From: a virus
Length of the DNA stretch: 37,955 bases
Strand: one strand, 5' to 3'
Virus record (IMG/VR): IMGVR_UViG_3300045988_025591
Span: 1 to 37,955 of that record
This document shows, one piece after another, positions 16,442 through 23,990 of this stretch. Under the pieces are notes generated by a model, which was not told the DNA's origin, did not search any database, and saw only the letters and a program-made list of their open reading frames with translations. Positions within the stretch are counted from its first letter, which is position 1. Every line of letters begins with the position of its first letter. The position numbers and the translations under genes were made by a program.

Positions 16442-16728
16442 AACGAGATAAGTCAATACTTCAAAAAGATATGTCTAAATGTTATGTATGTGGTTCAACA
16501 TTGAATTTACACACACATGAAATATATTTCGGTACTGCTAATAGAAAAAAATCAATTGAGCATGGGTGTTATGTACGTTTATGCGCTAGACATCACAACA
16601 TGAGCAGTGAAGCAGTACATTTCAACCACAAATTAGACATGAAGCTTAAAAGGGAATGCCAAAAGGCATTTGAAGAAGTACACACAAGAAAGGAGTTTAT
16701 GGATATATTCCATAAAAATTATTTATGA
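16438..16728 (+). CDS. zinc-binding HNH/Ref-like nuclease (tentative); the start may be ATA
   Basis: CYVCGS...HTHEIYFG...NRKKS...LCARHH...VHFN is an HNH-like pattern. ATA at 16438 lies 8 nt after AAGGGTG and overlaps the upstream TAA (ATAA). Alternatives are the TTG at 16432 (track) or the ATG at 16471 (no SD). Confidence 0.5.
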   Translation: MKRDKSILQKDMSKCYVCGSTLNLHTHEIYFGTANRKKSIEHGCYVRLCARHHNMSSEAVHFNHKLDMKLKRECQKAFEEVHTRKEFMDIFHKNYL

Positions 16729-17102
16729 AAGATATATTTGAAGAAGTTGAAAAGATATATGCAGATTATGAACCGAAGAATACACCGGTTGCGTTTCCAA
16801 TTTGTTTTGATTGGTTAGAAATATTAGATTTACTTAAAGATGAGGAAGCAAACAATTTCATTAAATTAGTTATTAGGTATGCAAATCACATATACAACAA
16901 TGAATATTTCGATTACAAAGCAGAAGCAAAAAGTAATGAAGTATTAACTGCATTTATAGTCGTAAAGCCAACGATTGATAATAATTGTTTGAAGTACTTA
17001 AAGAAATGTAAATCAAATTATTTAAATGCAAAAAAGAGATATGAAAAAGCAAAAAAAGAAGAATATGAAAAAATGATAAAAGAAGAAGGAGAACAAAAAT
17101 GA
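16725..17102 (+). CDS. hypothetical protein
   Basis: ATGA overlap with the upstream gene. Confidence 0.6.
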   Translation: MKDIFEEVEKIYADYEPKNTPVAFPICFDWLEILDLLKDEEANNFIKLVIRYANHIYNNEYFDYKAEAKSNEVLTAFIVVKPTIDNNCLKYLKKCKSNYLNAKKRYEKAKKEEYEKMIKEEGEQK

Positions 17103-17344
17103 TTTATATAGCAGATTTAACTAAAGAACAAGGTATCGAGATTATCAAGAATACGGATAAAAAGATTGTTCTAAATCTACAAGAAGCAAAGCAGTTAACA
17201 AAAGAAGAAGCGATTAAATTAGTTAATGGTGAAGATGATTACACAATCACAGAAAGTGATTCATTAATTGAAATTGATATTGTAGAAACATATACAAACG
17301 ATTGCTATATTGGATTCTATGAAGAAGATGAAGAAGGTGAATAA
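17099..17344 (+). CDS. hypothetical acidic protein
   Basis: ATGA overlap with the upstream gene. Confidence 0.6.
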   Translation: MIYIADLTKEQGIEIIKNTDKKIVLNLQEAKQLTKEEAIKLVNGEDDYTITESDSLIEIDIVETYTNDCYIGFYEEDEEGE

Positions 17345-17345
17345 T

Positions 17346-17576
17346 ATGCATTCATACAATGTTATCACGAATCAAGAATCATATCCTAGAGAAGTCTATT
17401 ATTCTCAAGCTAAAAGAATTGAAGAATTAGAGAATTACATCATGGACGAGAATTTTAATCCGTACCAAGATTCTTGGACGGATGTCAAAAAAATGGAAGA
17501 ATTAGGAATCACAGAAGAGCAAAAAGAATTGTTTAGACTTCAAAAATTTGAAGAATTGGAGCGAATGAGATTTTGA
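17346..17576 (+). CDS. hypothetical protein
   Basis: The start is moved from the track TTG at 17310 to the ATG at 17346, 5 nt after GAAGGTGA. Confidence 0.55.
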   Translation: MHSYNVITNQESYPREVYYSQAKRIEELENYIMDENFNPYQDSWTDVKKMEELGITEEQKELFRLQKFEELERMRF

Positions 17577-18124
17577 AAACAAAGTTGATTGGCAATTACT
17601 TAAGAAAATCAAGAAATGAAGATGGAAACCTAGAAATAACATTTGAACTAACTGAACCAATGTACGAATCATACGCTCAGACCCTCGAAAAAGGGGAATA
17701 TAGCGTGGTTATAGATTCCGTTAAGCGAATACGTACAAATGAACAGAATCGGCTCATGTGGGCTTTAATCAAGGAAATATGCGAAGACGAAAACGCAAGT
17801 TATAACGATACTTGGGATATGTACTGCGAGTTCTTAAGAATGGCGAAAGCTTTATATACATATGTTTCAGTATTAAAAGATGGTGTTGATTCGTTGTCTC
17901 AAGCTCATGGAGTTAGGGCAGTTCAAGTATTGGGCACTGAGATAAGAGACAATGGAAATGAATTTGTGAATTGTAGATTGTTTCTAGGTAGCTCACAAAT
18001 GGACACAAAGCAAATGGGAGTATTAATTGATTGCATACTAGATTATGCAGAACAATTAGGAATCAATACTCAATACTATTTAGATAAAGGAATCAAGGTG
18101 GAAGAAAATAAAATTTGTAATTAA
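17573..18124 (+). CDS. NinB/Orf-like recombination mediator (tentative)
   Basis: RTNEQNRLMWALIKEI parallels the lambda NinB segment RSLDQNRKLWA. GSSQMDTKQMGVLIDCILDYAEQLGI parallels GQSTSRMRVGEFAELLELIQAFG. The TTG start overlaps the upstream TGA. Confidence 0.55.
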   Translation: MKTKLIGNYLRKSRNEDGNLEITFELTEPMYESYAQTLEKGEYSVVIDSVKRIRTNEQNRLMWALIKEICEDENASYNDTWDMYCEFLRMAKALYTYVSVLKDGVDSLSQAHGVRAVQVLGTEIRDNGNEFVNCRLFLGSSQMDTKQMGVLIDCILDYAEQLGINTQYYLDKGIKVEENKICN

Positions 18125-18485
18125 AGGAAAGCTAGATGGATTGAATGAATATATTAATGCTTGCAGAACAAATCGGTACAAAGGAGCAGAAATGAAGAAA
18201 AAGAATGAGCGATTAATTATGGCTTATATCTTACAGGCAGTAAACTTCGGTGAAATTTACGAAGTTAAGAACTACCCAATTAAATTAAATATTAATTGGT
18301 ATGAACCGAATTCAAGGCGTGATGTTGATAACGTAACATTTGCAACTAAATTCATTCAAGATTCATTAGTTAGAACGGGAATACTTGAAGATGATTCAAG
18401 GAAATACATTAATCAAGTGAATCATACAGTATTTACAGATAAAGAGAATCCAAGAATAGAAGTAGAGATTCTAGGAGGTGATTAG
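18108..18485 (+). CDS. rusA: RusA-family Holliday junction resolvase (ATA start)
   Basis: RusA-like pattern (LNEYINACRTNRYKGAEMKKK ... DVDNV ... DDSRKYI). The frame opens at 18084 and has no ATG/GTG/TTG before the track TTG at 18141. ATA at 18108 lies 6 nt after AAGGTGG and restores the usual KFVIKGKL N-terminal strand. Confidence 0.8.
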   Translation: MKFVIKGKLDGLNEYINACRTNRYKGAEMKKKNERLIMAYILQAVNFGEIYEVKNYPIKLNINWYEPNSRRDVDNVTFATKFIQDSLVRTGILEDDSRKYINQVNHTVFTDKENPRIEVEILGGD

Positions 18486-18486
18486 A

Positions 18487-19218
18487 ATAGCAGAACTAAA
18501 GAAAAGCCTACAAATAGGTTATACACACGTTAACAATGAGATATTTCACGATAGAGAATTATCCTATAAAGCAAAAGGCTTGTTTTGCCAAATGTTAAGC
18601 CTTCCGGATAATTGGGACTTTAAGGAAAACAGTATTAAAGCATTAGCTACAGATGGAATATCAAGTGTTCGTTCCGGTTTAAAAGAATTAATGAATAAAG
18701 GATATTTAATTCGTGAACCTATTAGAGATGGTAATTTAATTGTTGATTGGCAATATACATTAATAGATAATCCTCGGAATTTAGAAAATCTAAAAATAGA
18801 AAATCTAAAAATAGAAAATCTAAAATTAGAAAATCTAAACCCTATTAAATTAAATAATAATTCAACTAAAAATGAATTAAATAAAAATAATATTAATGTA
18901 TGTACGCACAAACACAAATACGGTGAATATCAACACGTTCTATTATCAGATAAAGAACACACACACCTATTAGATTTATATGGTAACTCATTGGATGAGC
19001 ATATAAAGATATTAGATGAGTACATTGAAACGAGTGGAAAAAAATACAAGAACCATTCACTAGTGATTCAAAAATGGGTACATGATGAATGGATGAAAAG
19101 AAATAAGAATAGTCCTACAAAGCTTGATTCTAAATTCTATGCGGAAGAAAGCAATCAATCGTATGCAGATGTACAGAAAGAAATGGAACGATTGAGAAGG
19201 GAAATATTAAGAGCATAA
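18487..19218 (+). CDS. replisome organizer / DnaD-like replication initiation protein (ATA start proposed)
   Basis: The N-terminal winged-helix pattern (YTHVNNEIFHDRELSYKAKGLFCQMLSLPDNWDF) is typical of phage replisome organizers, and the gene contains iterons. AGGAGG at 18473-18478 is followed by an 8-nt spacer and ATAGCA. The track GTG at 18478 lies inside the SD. Confidence 0.65.
   Translation: MAELKKSLQIGYTHVNNEIFHDRELSYKAKGLFCQMLSLPDNWDFKENSIKALATDGISSVRSGLKELMNKGYLIREPIRDGNLIVDWQYTLIDNPRNLENLKIENLKIENLKLENLNPIKLNNNSTKNELNKNNINVCTHKHKYGEYQHVLLSDKEHTHLLDLYGNSLDEHIKILDEYIETSGKKYKNHSLVIQKWVHDEWMKRNKNSPTKLDSKFYAEESNQSYADVQKEMERLRREILRA
18782..18841 (+). repeat. four tandem 15-bp iterons (putative origin) inside the organizer gene
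   Basis: TAGAAAATCTAAAAA occurs twice, followed by TAGAAAATCTAAAAT and TAGAAAATCTAAACC. An extremely AT-rich stretch follows, to about 18900. Confidence 0.7.
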
Positions 19219-19231
19219 GAGAGGTGATTAA

Positions 19232-19456
19232 ATGATTAATTGGGTATGTGGAGCTATATGTGGAAGTAGTGCAACATTTCTTCTATATAGCATATTGGTA
19301 GGAAAAAGGATTCAAGAAGAACAGGATAAAGCTTGTAAATGTATATTCAAGTATAACGAATACAGACGCAAGATTAGAACACTTGAATATCAGAAACATG
19401 AGTTAGAAAAGAAATTAAAATCAAATGATTATTCAGATTTCTATGAGGTGAAATAG
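19232..19456 (+). CDS. hypothetical protein with an N-terminal TM helix
   Basis: GAGGTG precedes the ATG. The TM segment is WVCGAICGSSATFLLYSILV. Confidence 0.55.
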   Translation: MINWVCGAICGSSATFLLYSILVGKRIQEEQDKACKCIFKYNEYRRKIRTLEYQKHELEKKLKSNDYSDFYEVK

Positions 19457-20074
19457 ATGGATTACATGATGTTAGAACCGTATACAAATGAATTTAAAGG
19501 GTTTGTAAGCGATAAACAGGTTAAAAAAGAATTAAACCTAACAGGTTTACAGTTTAAAAGATTCGTGCAATTCTCAAAACTTTATAAAGGGTGCTTACTA
19601 ATTGAGGATGAATCAGAGGAAAAATCAAACAGGATTCAAGAAATGAGTCAATTAGTATGCGAAGGAAGATACGGACGTAAATATTATGTGACTACATTCG
19701 GAAACGCTTATACAGTTAAAGGCGGAAAAAGAGCGCCTTTAAAATTAGTTAAGAAAAGCTTAAACACGTATCAAGTGAAGATAAATGGAAGCTATAAATC
19801 ATTATCAAGATTAATGTATCAAGCATTTATAGGCGAATTAAAAGATGATGAAATTACATATTTTGAAGGTGGAATAACGATTAAGAATATCAGAAAAATC
19901 ACTAAATCAGAGCGTTCAAAGAAATATGCAAATTTCAAAAAGGTACAAGTTGGAGATAAGATTTACAACAATGTACACGAATGCGCAAATGATATTGGAT
20001 ATAGCTATTGGACGATACAAGAAAAGCTATATGGAAGAATACAGAATGATATAGGCGTTAGTTATGTAGATTGA
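19457..20074 (+). CDS. homing-endonuclease-like DNA-binding protein (NUMOD-type motifs, tentative)
   Basis: The middle YYVTTFGNAYTVKGG...SRLMYQAFIG and the C-terminal VQVGDKIYNNVHECANDIGYSYWTIQEKL resemble NUMOD4/NUMOD1-type modules. I saw no clear catalytic motif. Confidence 0.4.
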   Translation: MDYMMLEPYTNEFKGFVSDKQVKKELNLTGLQFKRFVQFSKLYKGCLLIEDESEEKSNRIQEMSQLVCEGRYGRKYYVTTFGNAYTVKGGKRAPLKLVKKSLNTYQVKINGSYKSLSRLMYQAFIGELKDDEITYFEGGITIKNIRKITKSERSKKYANFKKVQVGDKIYNNVHECANDIGYSYWTIQEKLYGRIQNDIGVSYVD

Positions 20075-20086
20075 AAGGATTGAACA

Positions 20087-20437
20087 ATGAGTAAATGTAA
20101 TAAATGCAAACATGAATATTTGTCAAAAATTGAAGAACCTTGTAAGTATTGCAGAGAAAGATTTGGTGGATGTACTCCAAACTATTTAATGCATGAAGAT
20201 AAATTTGAGCCAAAAGAAGAACGAGTGAATGATAAAGTCGATATGGTGAATCATCCACCACATTATGTCGGTCATGGAATCGAACCTATCGAATTTATTG
20301 AATCGCATAACCTTAATTTTAATTTAGGTAGTGCGGTCAAATACATTGCAAGAGCACCTTATAAAGGCACTGAATTATTGGATTTGAAAAAAGCAAAGTG
20401 GTTTATAGAAAGAGAGATTAAAAAGCATGACAATTAA
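20087..20437 (+). CDS. DUF3310-family protein
   Basis: VNHPPHY...IEPIEFIE...GSAVKYIARAPYKG...DLKKAKWFIE matches the DUF3310 signature. Confidence 0.6.
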   Translation: MSKCNKCKHEYLSKIEEPCKYCRERFGGCTPNYLMHEDKFEPKEERVNDKVDMVNHPPHYVGHGIEPIEFIESHNLNFNLGSAVKYIARAPYKGTELLDLKKAKWFIEREIKKHDN

Positions 20438-20942
20438 AGATATTGAATTGATTAAAAAAATGTTACAAATGCAAGCAAAACTAGATAAAGCAATCATGAA
20501 AGAGTACGGATTAATATATATTGACGAAACAAAATTGAGTTTCGCAATTCTAGATGAAGTAGGAGAATTAACACATGAATTAAAAGGAAAATGGTGTTGG
20601 TGGAAGAAAACTCAACCACAAGTTAATGAAGAAAAGGTATTAGGTGAATTAGTTGATATTTGGCATTTTGTATTAAGTTGGCAAAACAATTTTAATATTG
20701 GTGAAGAAGGATTATTTACAGATGACCAATTAATGGAAAAGGTTGATGATAATCGGTGGTCAATTGAAGAATATAGAAACGGTATTGTTATAAAATTAGC
20801 AGATTTATCATATTTTCCGTTGTGGAAAGTAGAATCATTAATTGCAATCACGGAACACTTAGGTTTCACGATTGAACAGGTTTATGAAGCTTATTGCGAA
20901 AAGAATAAAATCAACTATCAAAGATTGAAAGAGGGTTATTAA
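20427..20942 (+). CDS. dimeric (all-alpha) dUTPase-like protein
   Basis: LQMQAKLDKAI...ILDEVGELTHEL..KWCWWKK...VLGELVDIWHFVLS fits the dUTPase_2 pattern. Confidence 0.65.
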   Translation: MTIKDIELIKKMLQMQAKLDKAIMKEYGLIYIDETKLSFAILDEVGELTHELKGKWCWWKKTQPQVNEEKVLGELVDIWHFVLSWQNNFNIGEEGLFTDDQLMEKVDDNRWSIEEYRNGIVIKLADLSYFPLWKVESLIAITEHLGFTIEQVYEAYCEKNKINYQRLKEGY

Positions 20943-20943
20943 G

Positions 20944-21327
20944 ATGTACAATCCAACCTATTTAAAAGCCGTTCTTATTTATGTAAAGGACAAAGAAACA
21001 GGATATATTCACATTGTTGGAACTGACCAACATGACAGATTGTATCTTGATGATGATGGAAATATCCAATATATGAATTTACAGAACGGTGGAACAACTG
21101 AAGGAGATTACGAATTTGTACTTGATGAGCAAGGACACAATCAAAGCAACCTTACATTTACTGAAGAAGAACAAGCAACATACGGATTAAGTAATATGGA
21201 TGATTATTTTCATTCGATTGATTTAGAAACATACATGGATTTGGAAAATAAAAAGAGAATCCAAGAATTAACAGAAATCAATATGCGATTAGTTACAGAA
21301 AAACAAAGGAGAAATAAAGATGATTAG
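20944..21327 (+). CDS. hypothetical protein
   Basis: A clean ORF, tightly packed with its neighbours. Confidence 0.55.
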   Translation: MYNPTYLKAVLIYVKDKETGYIHIVGTDQHDRLYLDDDGNIQYMNLQNGGTTEGDYEFVLDEQGHNQSNLTFTEEEQATYGLSNMDDYFHSIDLETYMDLENKKRIQELTEINMRLVTEKQRRNKDD

Positions 21328-21580
21328 ATTACAAAATAATTATGCAATCACTTCTAGCAGTGGTTCATTCACCCTTGTAACGTTCGTAAAGAGTAAAGAT
21401 AAAGAAGGAAATGAGATAGACGTACAAAAGCCTATCTCATACCATACAACGCTAGAATCGGCTTTACAGAGCTATTCTAACAATCGTATAGCATATTTAG
21501 TTAGTAACTTTGACATGAATTTAAAGGATGTTGAGAAAGCTATTGACGATTTAAAAAGGGAGATAAAATCGTATGAATAA
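21320..21580 (+). CDS. hypothetical protein
   Basis: Overlaps its neighbours by 8 nt on each side. Confidence 0.55.
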   Translation: MIRLQNNYAITSSSGSFTLVTFVKSKDKEGNEIDVQKPISYHTTLESALQSYSNNRIAYLVSNFDMNLKDVEKAIDDLKREIKSYE

Positions 21581-21938
21581 ATATAAAAAGGCTATTAAAG
21601 TAGTAGATACATTACTTCACTTAATGTGTGGAGAAGAAAGAGCAGATGGATATAAGCCGACTATGGAAGAAATGTCTAAATCTATGGATTTGTTAACAGA
21701 TTTAGCTAATAAAGCAGATTCATTTGAATGGATTCCATTTGAAATGGAGGATGGTTTTCTTTACTGTCAAATTCCGGATGATGGCGAAGATATTTTAGTA
21801 ACCGACGGTAAAGTTGTATGGCATGATACATGGATTGAATGTGATGAGGGTTATGTTCTTGATAGCGGTTATGAATTATACAAATGTTTAGCTTGGATGC
21901 CATTACCAAAGCCATATAAGGAGAATAAAGATGAATAG
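21573..21938 (+). CDS. DUF551-like protein
   Basis: The C-terminal region WIPFEMEDG...ILVTDGKVVW...CLAWMPLPKPY resembles DUF551. Confidence 0.5.
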   Translation: MNKYKKAIKVVDTLLHLMCGEERADGYKPTMEEMSKSMDLLTDLANKADSFEWIPFEMEDGFLYCQIPDDGEDILVTDGKVVWHDTWIECDEGYVLDSGYELYKCLAWMPLPKPYKENKDE

Positions 21939-22113
21939 CAAACACGCGGAAAGATGGGAAGAATTACGCCAAAAAAATCCACGTTTAGCAATGGAATATT
22001 TAAGAATTTACTCCACTATGGAGAAAGCTCAAAAGCATTTTAATAATTTTAAAAAAGATTGTAACGATTGGCTAGATAATATTTATAAGGATGGAGTGAA
22101 AAAAAATGATTAA
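21931..22113 (+). CDS. hypothetical protein
   Basis: A short ORF overlapping both neighbours. Confidence 0.45.
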   Translation: MNSKHAERWEELRQKNPRLAMEYLRIYSTMEKAQKHFNNFKKDCNDWLDNIYKDGVKKND

Positions 22114-22588
22114 TGTAGCAGTAATAGCAGGGCACTTAACTAAAGATGTTGAACTATCAAAAACACAAAATGGAAATAGCGTAGCAAAGTTTACGGTAGC
22201 AGTAAATGGATACAATGATACAACAGATTTTATTAATTGTGTAGCATGGAACAAGCTCGCAGATATTGTCAATATGTATTGCAAGAAAGGCGATTTGGTC
22301 ACAGTAGAAGGAAGAATCAGTGTTAGAAATTATGAGAATCAACAAGGACAGAAAATGTATATCACTGAAGTGGTAGCTAGTAACGTGCAATTACCGCCTA
22401 AAAACGCTTCTAATGGGCAAAATTACAATTCTAATGTAAATACATATCAACAATCGAATCAAGCAAATAACAACAATTACGGCGTGCAAAACACATACAC
22501 GCAACCTAGTTTGACACAACAAATTGCACAACAAGAATACAATGAAAGCAATTTAGATATTGCTTCAGATGATTTACCTTTTAAGTAA
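22106..22588 (+). CDS. ssb: single-stranded DNA-binding protein
   Basis: An OB-fold N-terminus (MINVAVIAGHLTKDVEL...FTVAVN...FINCVAWNKLADIV), a Q/N-rich linker and the acidic tail DDLPF. Confidence 0.9.
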   Translation: MINVAVIAGHLTKDVELSKTQNGNSVAKFTVAVNGYNDTTDFINCVAWNKLADIVNMYCKKGDLVTVEGRISVRNYENQQGQKMYITEVVASNVQLPPKNASNGQNYNSNVNTYQQSNQANNNNYGVQNTYTQPSLTQQIAQQEYNESNLDIASDDLPFK

Positions 22589-22614
22589 TTCTATAGCTTG
22601 ACGAACTATAGAAT
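22588..22614 (+). other. hairpin after ssb (weak terminator candidate)
   Basis: ATTCTATAG / CTATAGAAT forms a 9-bp stem with a 9-nt loop. No T-run follows. Confidence 0.35.
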
Positions 22615-22641
22615 AAAATTGTCAAAAAATGGAGGTAACTA

Positions 22642-23229
22642 ATAAGAGAACATTGGACAGAAGAAAAGATAAAATCACAAATCAAAGAAATGATTATTGA
22701 TACAGGATTAAACAGAATGCCTACAAGAAGAGAAGTTGAAGAATACTATGGAGATTCAAAATTAGGAAATGCAATTTCAAAAAGAAGTTTATGGTTTCCT
22801 TTAGCGAAAGAATTACATTTAGAATCAAAACCAAGTAGAACAAATTTCGGCAGAAAATATGAATTGAAATTTATGGATTATATAGAGAACAAAGGATATG
22901 AAGCTATTAAAATGTCTACAAAACATCCGTATGATATTTTAGTGAATGAATGTGTAAAAGTTGATGTGAAAGCGAGCACCTTATACAGAGGTAGGAATGG
23001 GAGCTTTTACACATTCAATTTAGAAAAAACATATCCAACTTGCGACATATATATCTTGTACATACTTAGTGATGATGAAAAAGTTTTAGATGTATTGGTA
23101 ATTCCTAGTAAAGATGTTATAGGTATAAGTCAAATAAGTGTAGGAGAGCATTCTAGCAAATATTACAAATATTCAAACAAATGGAGTTATATAAAACGAT
23201 ATTGTGATTTTATCAAATCATTAAATTAA
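22642..23229 (+). CDS. PD-(D/E)XK nuclease-fold protein (ATA start)
   Basis: The C-terminal YDIL...VKVDVKAS is a PD-(D/E)XK-like motif. The frame opens at 22639 after a TAA, and the only start-like codon before the track ATG at 22690 is ATA at 22642, 6 nt after GGAGG. This adds REHWTEEKIKSQIKE. Confidence 0.6.
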   Translation: MREHWTEEKIKSQIKEMIIDTGLNRMPTRREVEEYYGDSKLGNAISKRSLWFPLAKELHLESKPSRTNFGRKYELKFMDYIENKGYEAIKMSTKHPYDILVNECVKVDVKASTLYRGRNGSFYTFNLEKTYPTCDIYILYILSDDEKVLDVLVIPSKDVIGISQISVGEHSSKYYKYSNKWSYIKRYCDFIKSLN

Positions 23230-23245
23230 TACGGAGGTGAATTTA

Positions 23246-23440
23246 ATAGAAATGAATCATGAAGAAAGGATTAAAGAGTTAATTTCTAAAAACAATAAAC
23301 TAGGAAGGACAAATATTGAGCTTAATCAGATTATAAAAGAAAGAAATGCAACAATTCATAATCAAGCGCATGAAATAAAGAAATTAAAATATAAAGTTGG
23401 CGAATTAGAAGATAGATTGTATAAGGTATACAGTTCATGA
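23246..23440 (+). CDS. hypothetical coiled-coil protein (start uncertain: ATA 23246, GTG 23237 or ATG 23252)
   Basis: GGAGG lies at 23233-23237. ATA is 8 nt downstream, the GTG overlaps the SD, and the ATG is 14 nt away. Confidence 0.45.
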   Translation: MEMNHEERIKELISKNNKLGRTNIELNQIIKERNATIHNQAHEIKKLKYKVGELEDRLYKVYSS

Positions 23441-23763
23441 GCACATATGAGGATATTAAGAGACACTTCTTGTGTGAATGTCAATCATACACATACTACG
23501 AACAAAAGATAGCGGAGCTACAAAGGGATGAAGCTATTTATCCTTTAAAAGCCGAGCTATTCTTAGCTCATGCAGATTATGCAAGAAGAATGAACTACGT
23601 AAAAGATAAATTAAGCCAACTTGATGATACTACTCGAACAATGATTGAGTATAGATATATAAAGGGATTCAGTGCAGAAAAGACATCTAATATTGTAGGT
23701 TATGCAAGAGAAGAGATTCCAAGAAAAATAAATAAGAATTTAAAGAAAGTGCTCACAATGTGA
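23437..23763 (+). CDS. late-gene activator candidate, sigma-70 region-4-like (RinA/ArpU-type position)
   Basis: The C-terminal RTMIEYRYIKGFSAEKTSNIVGYAREEIPRKINKNLKKV is region-4-like. It is the last early gene before the packaging region, and its start overlaps the upstream stop (ATGA). Confidence 0.6.
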   Translation: MSTYEDIKRHFLCECQSYTYYEQKIAELQRDEAIYPLKAELFLAHADYARRMNYVKDKLSQLDDTTRTMIEYRYIKGFSAEKTSNIVGYAREEIPRKINKNLKKVLTM

Positions 23764-23772
23764 GCATTTTTT
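23748..23772 (+). terminator. rho-independent terminator
   Basis: GTGCTCAC-aat-GTGAGCAT forms a 7-9 bp stem followed by T6. The stem includes the stop codon of the upstream gene. Confidence 0.75.
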
Positions 23773-23774
23773 CA

Positions 23775-23783
23775 TGCGATAAT
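23775..23783 (+). promoter_or_regulatory. extended -10 element (TGCGATAAT) in front of the tRNA
   Basis: TG-N-GATAAT ends at 23783, and base 1 of the tRNA (A at 23790) is 7 nt downstream. I saw no good -35. Confidence 0.4.
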
Positions 23784-23789
23784 TGTTTT

Positions 23790-23865
23790 AGCAGGATAGA
23801 GCAGTAGTAGCTCACTAGTCTTATTAGCTAGAGGTCGAAGAGTGCAATTCCTTCTCCTGCAACCA
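23790..23865 (+). tRNA. initiator-like tRNA with anticodon UAU (reads AUA)
   Basis: A 76-nt cloverleaf. Acceptor stem AGCAGGA/UCCUGCA has 6 bp plus an unpaired A1 x A72, with U8 present. D stem GAGC/GCUC gives A11:U24. Anticodon stem CUAGU/GCUAG closes the loop CUUAUUA. Variable loop is AGGUC. T arm GAAG(A)G/CCUUC has the loop UGCAAUU. The discriminator is A and CCA is encoded. Confidence 0.8.
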
Positions 23866-23947
23866 TGATTACAAAGTCTATCAGTAAGTCCTTCTCAAAT
23901 CAGATATTAAATACCAACAATGGCATGCCGTTAGGCTTTGATATATT

Positions 23948-23972
23948 ACCGAGCGTTTGTCTCGGTTCTTTT
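23948..23972 (+). terminator. terminator downstream of the tRNA
   Basis: ACCGAG-cgtttgt-CTCGGT followed by TCTTTT. Confidence 0.6.
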
Positions 23973-23990
23973 AATAATAAGGAGGAGAAT

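Noticed and set aside
18782-18841. The short regularly repeated 15-mers as a CRISPR-like array.
   Set aside because: The repeats are contiguous with no spacers, lie inside an open reading frame, and are followed by an AT-rich tract. Iterons of a replication origin are the better explanation.
23865-23990. The track ORF start at 23865 (ATG formed by the tRNA 3' CCA plus TG).
   Set aside because: It would overlap the tRNA and run through the hairpin terminator at 23948-23972 with no SD. The ATG at 23991 follows AAGGAGGAG and gives a compact protein.
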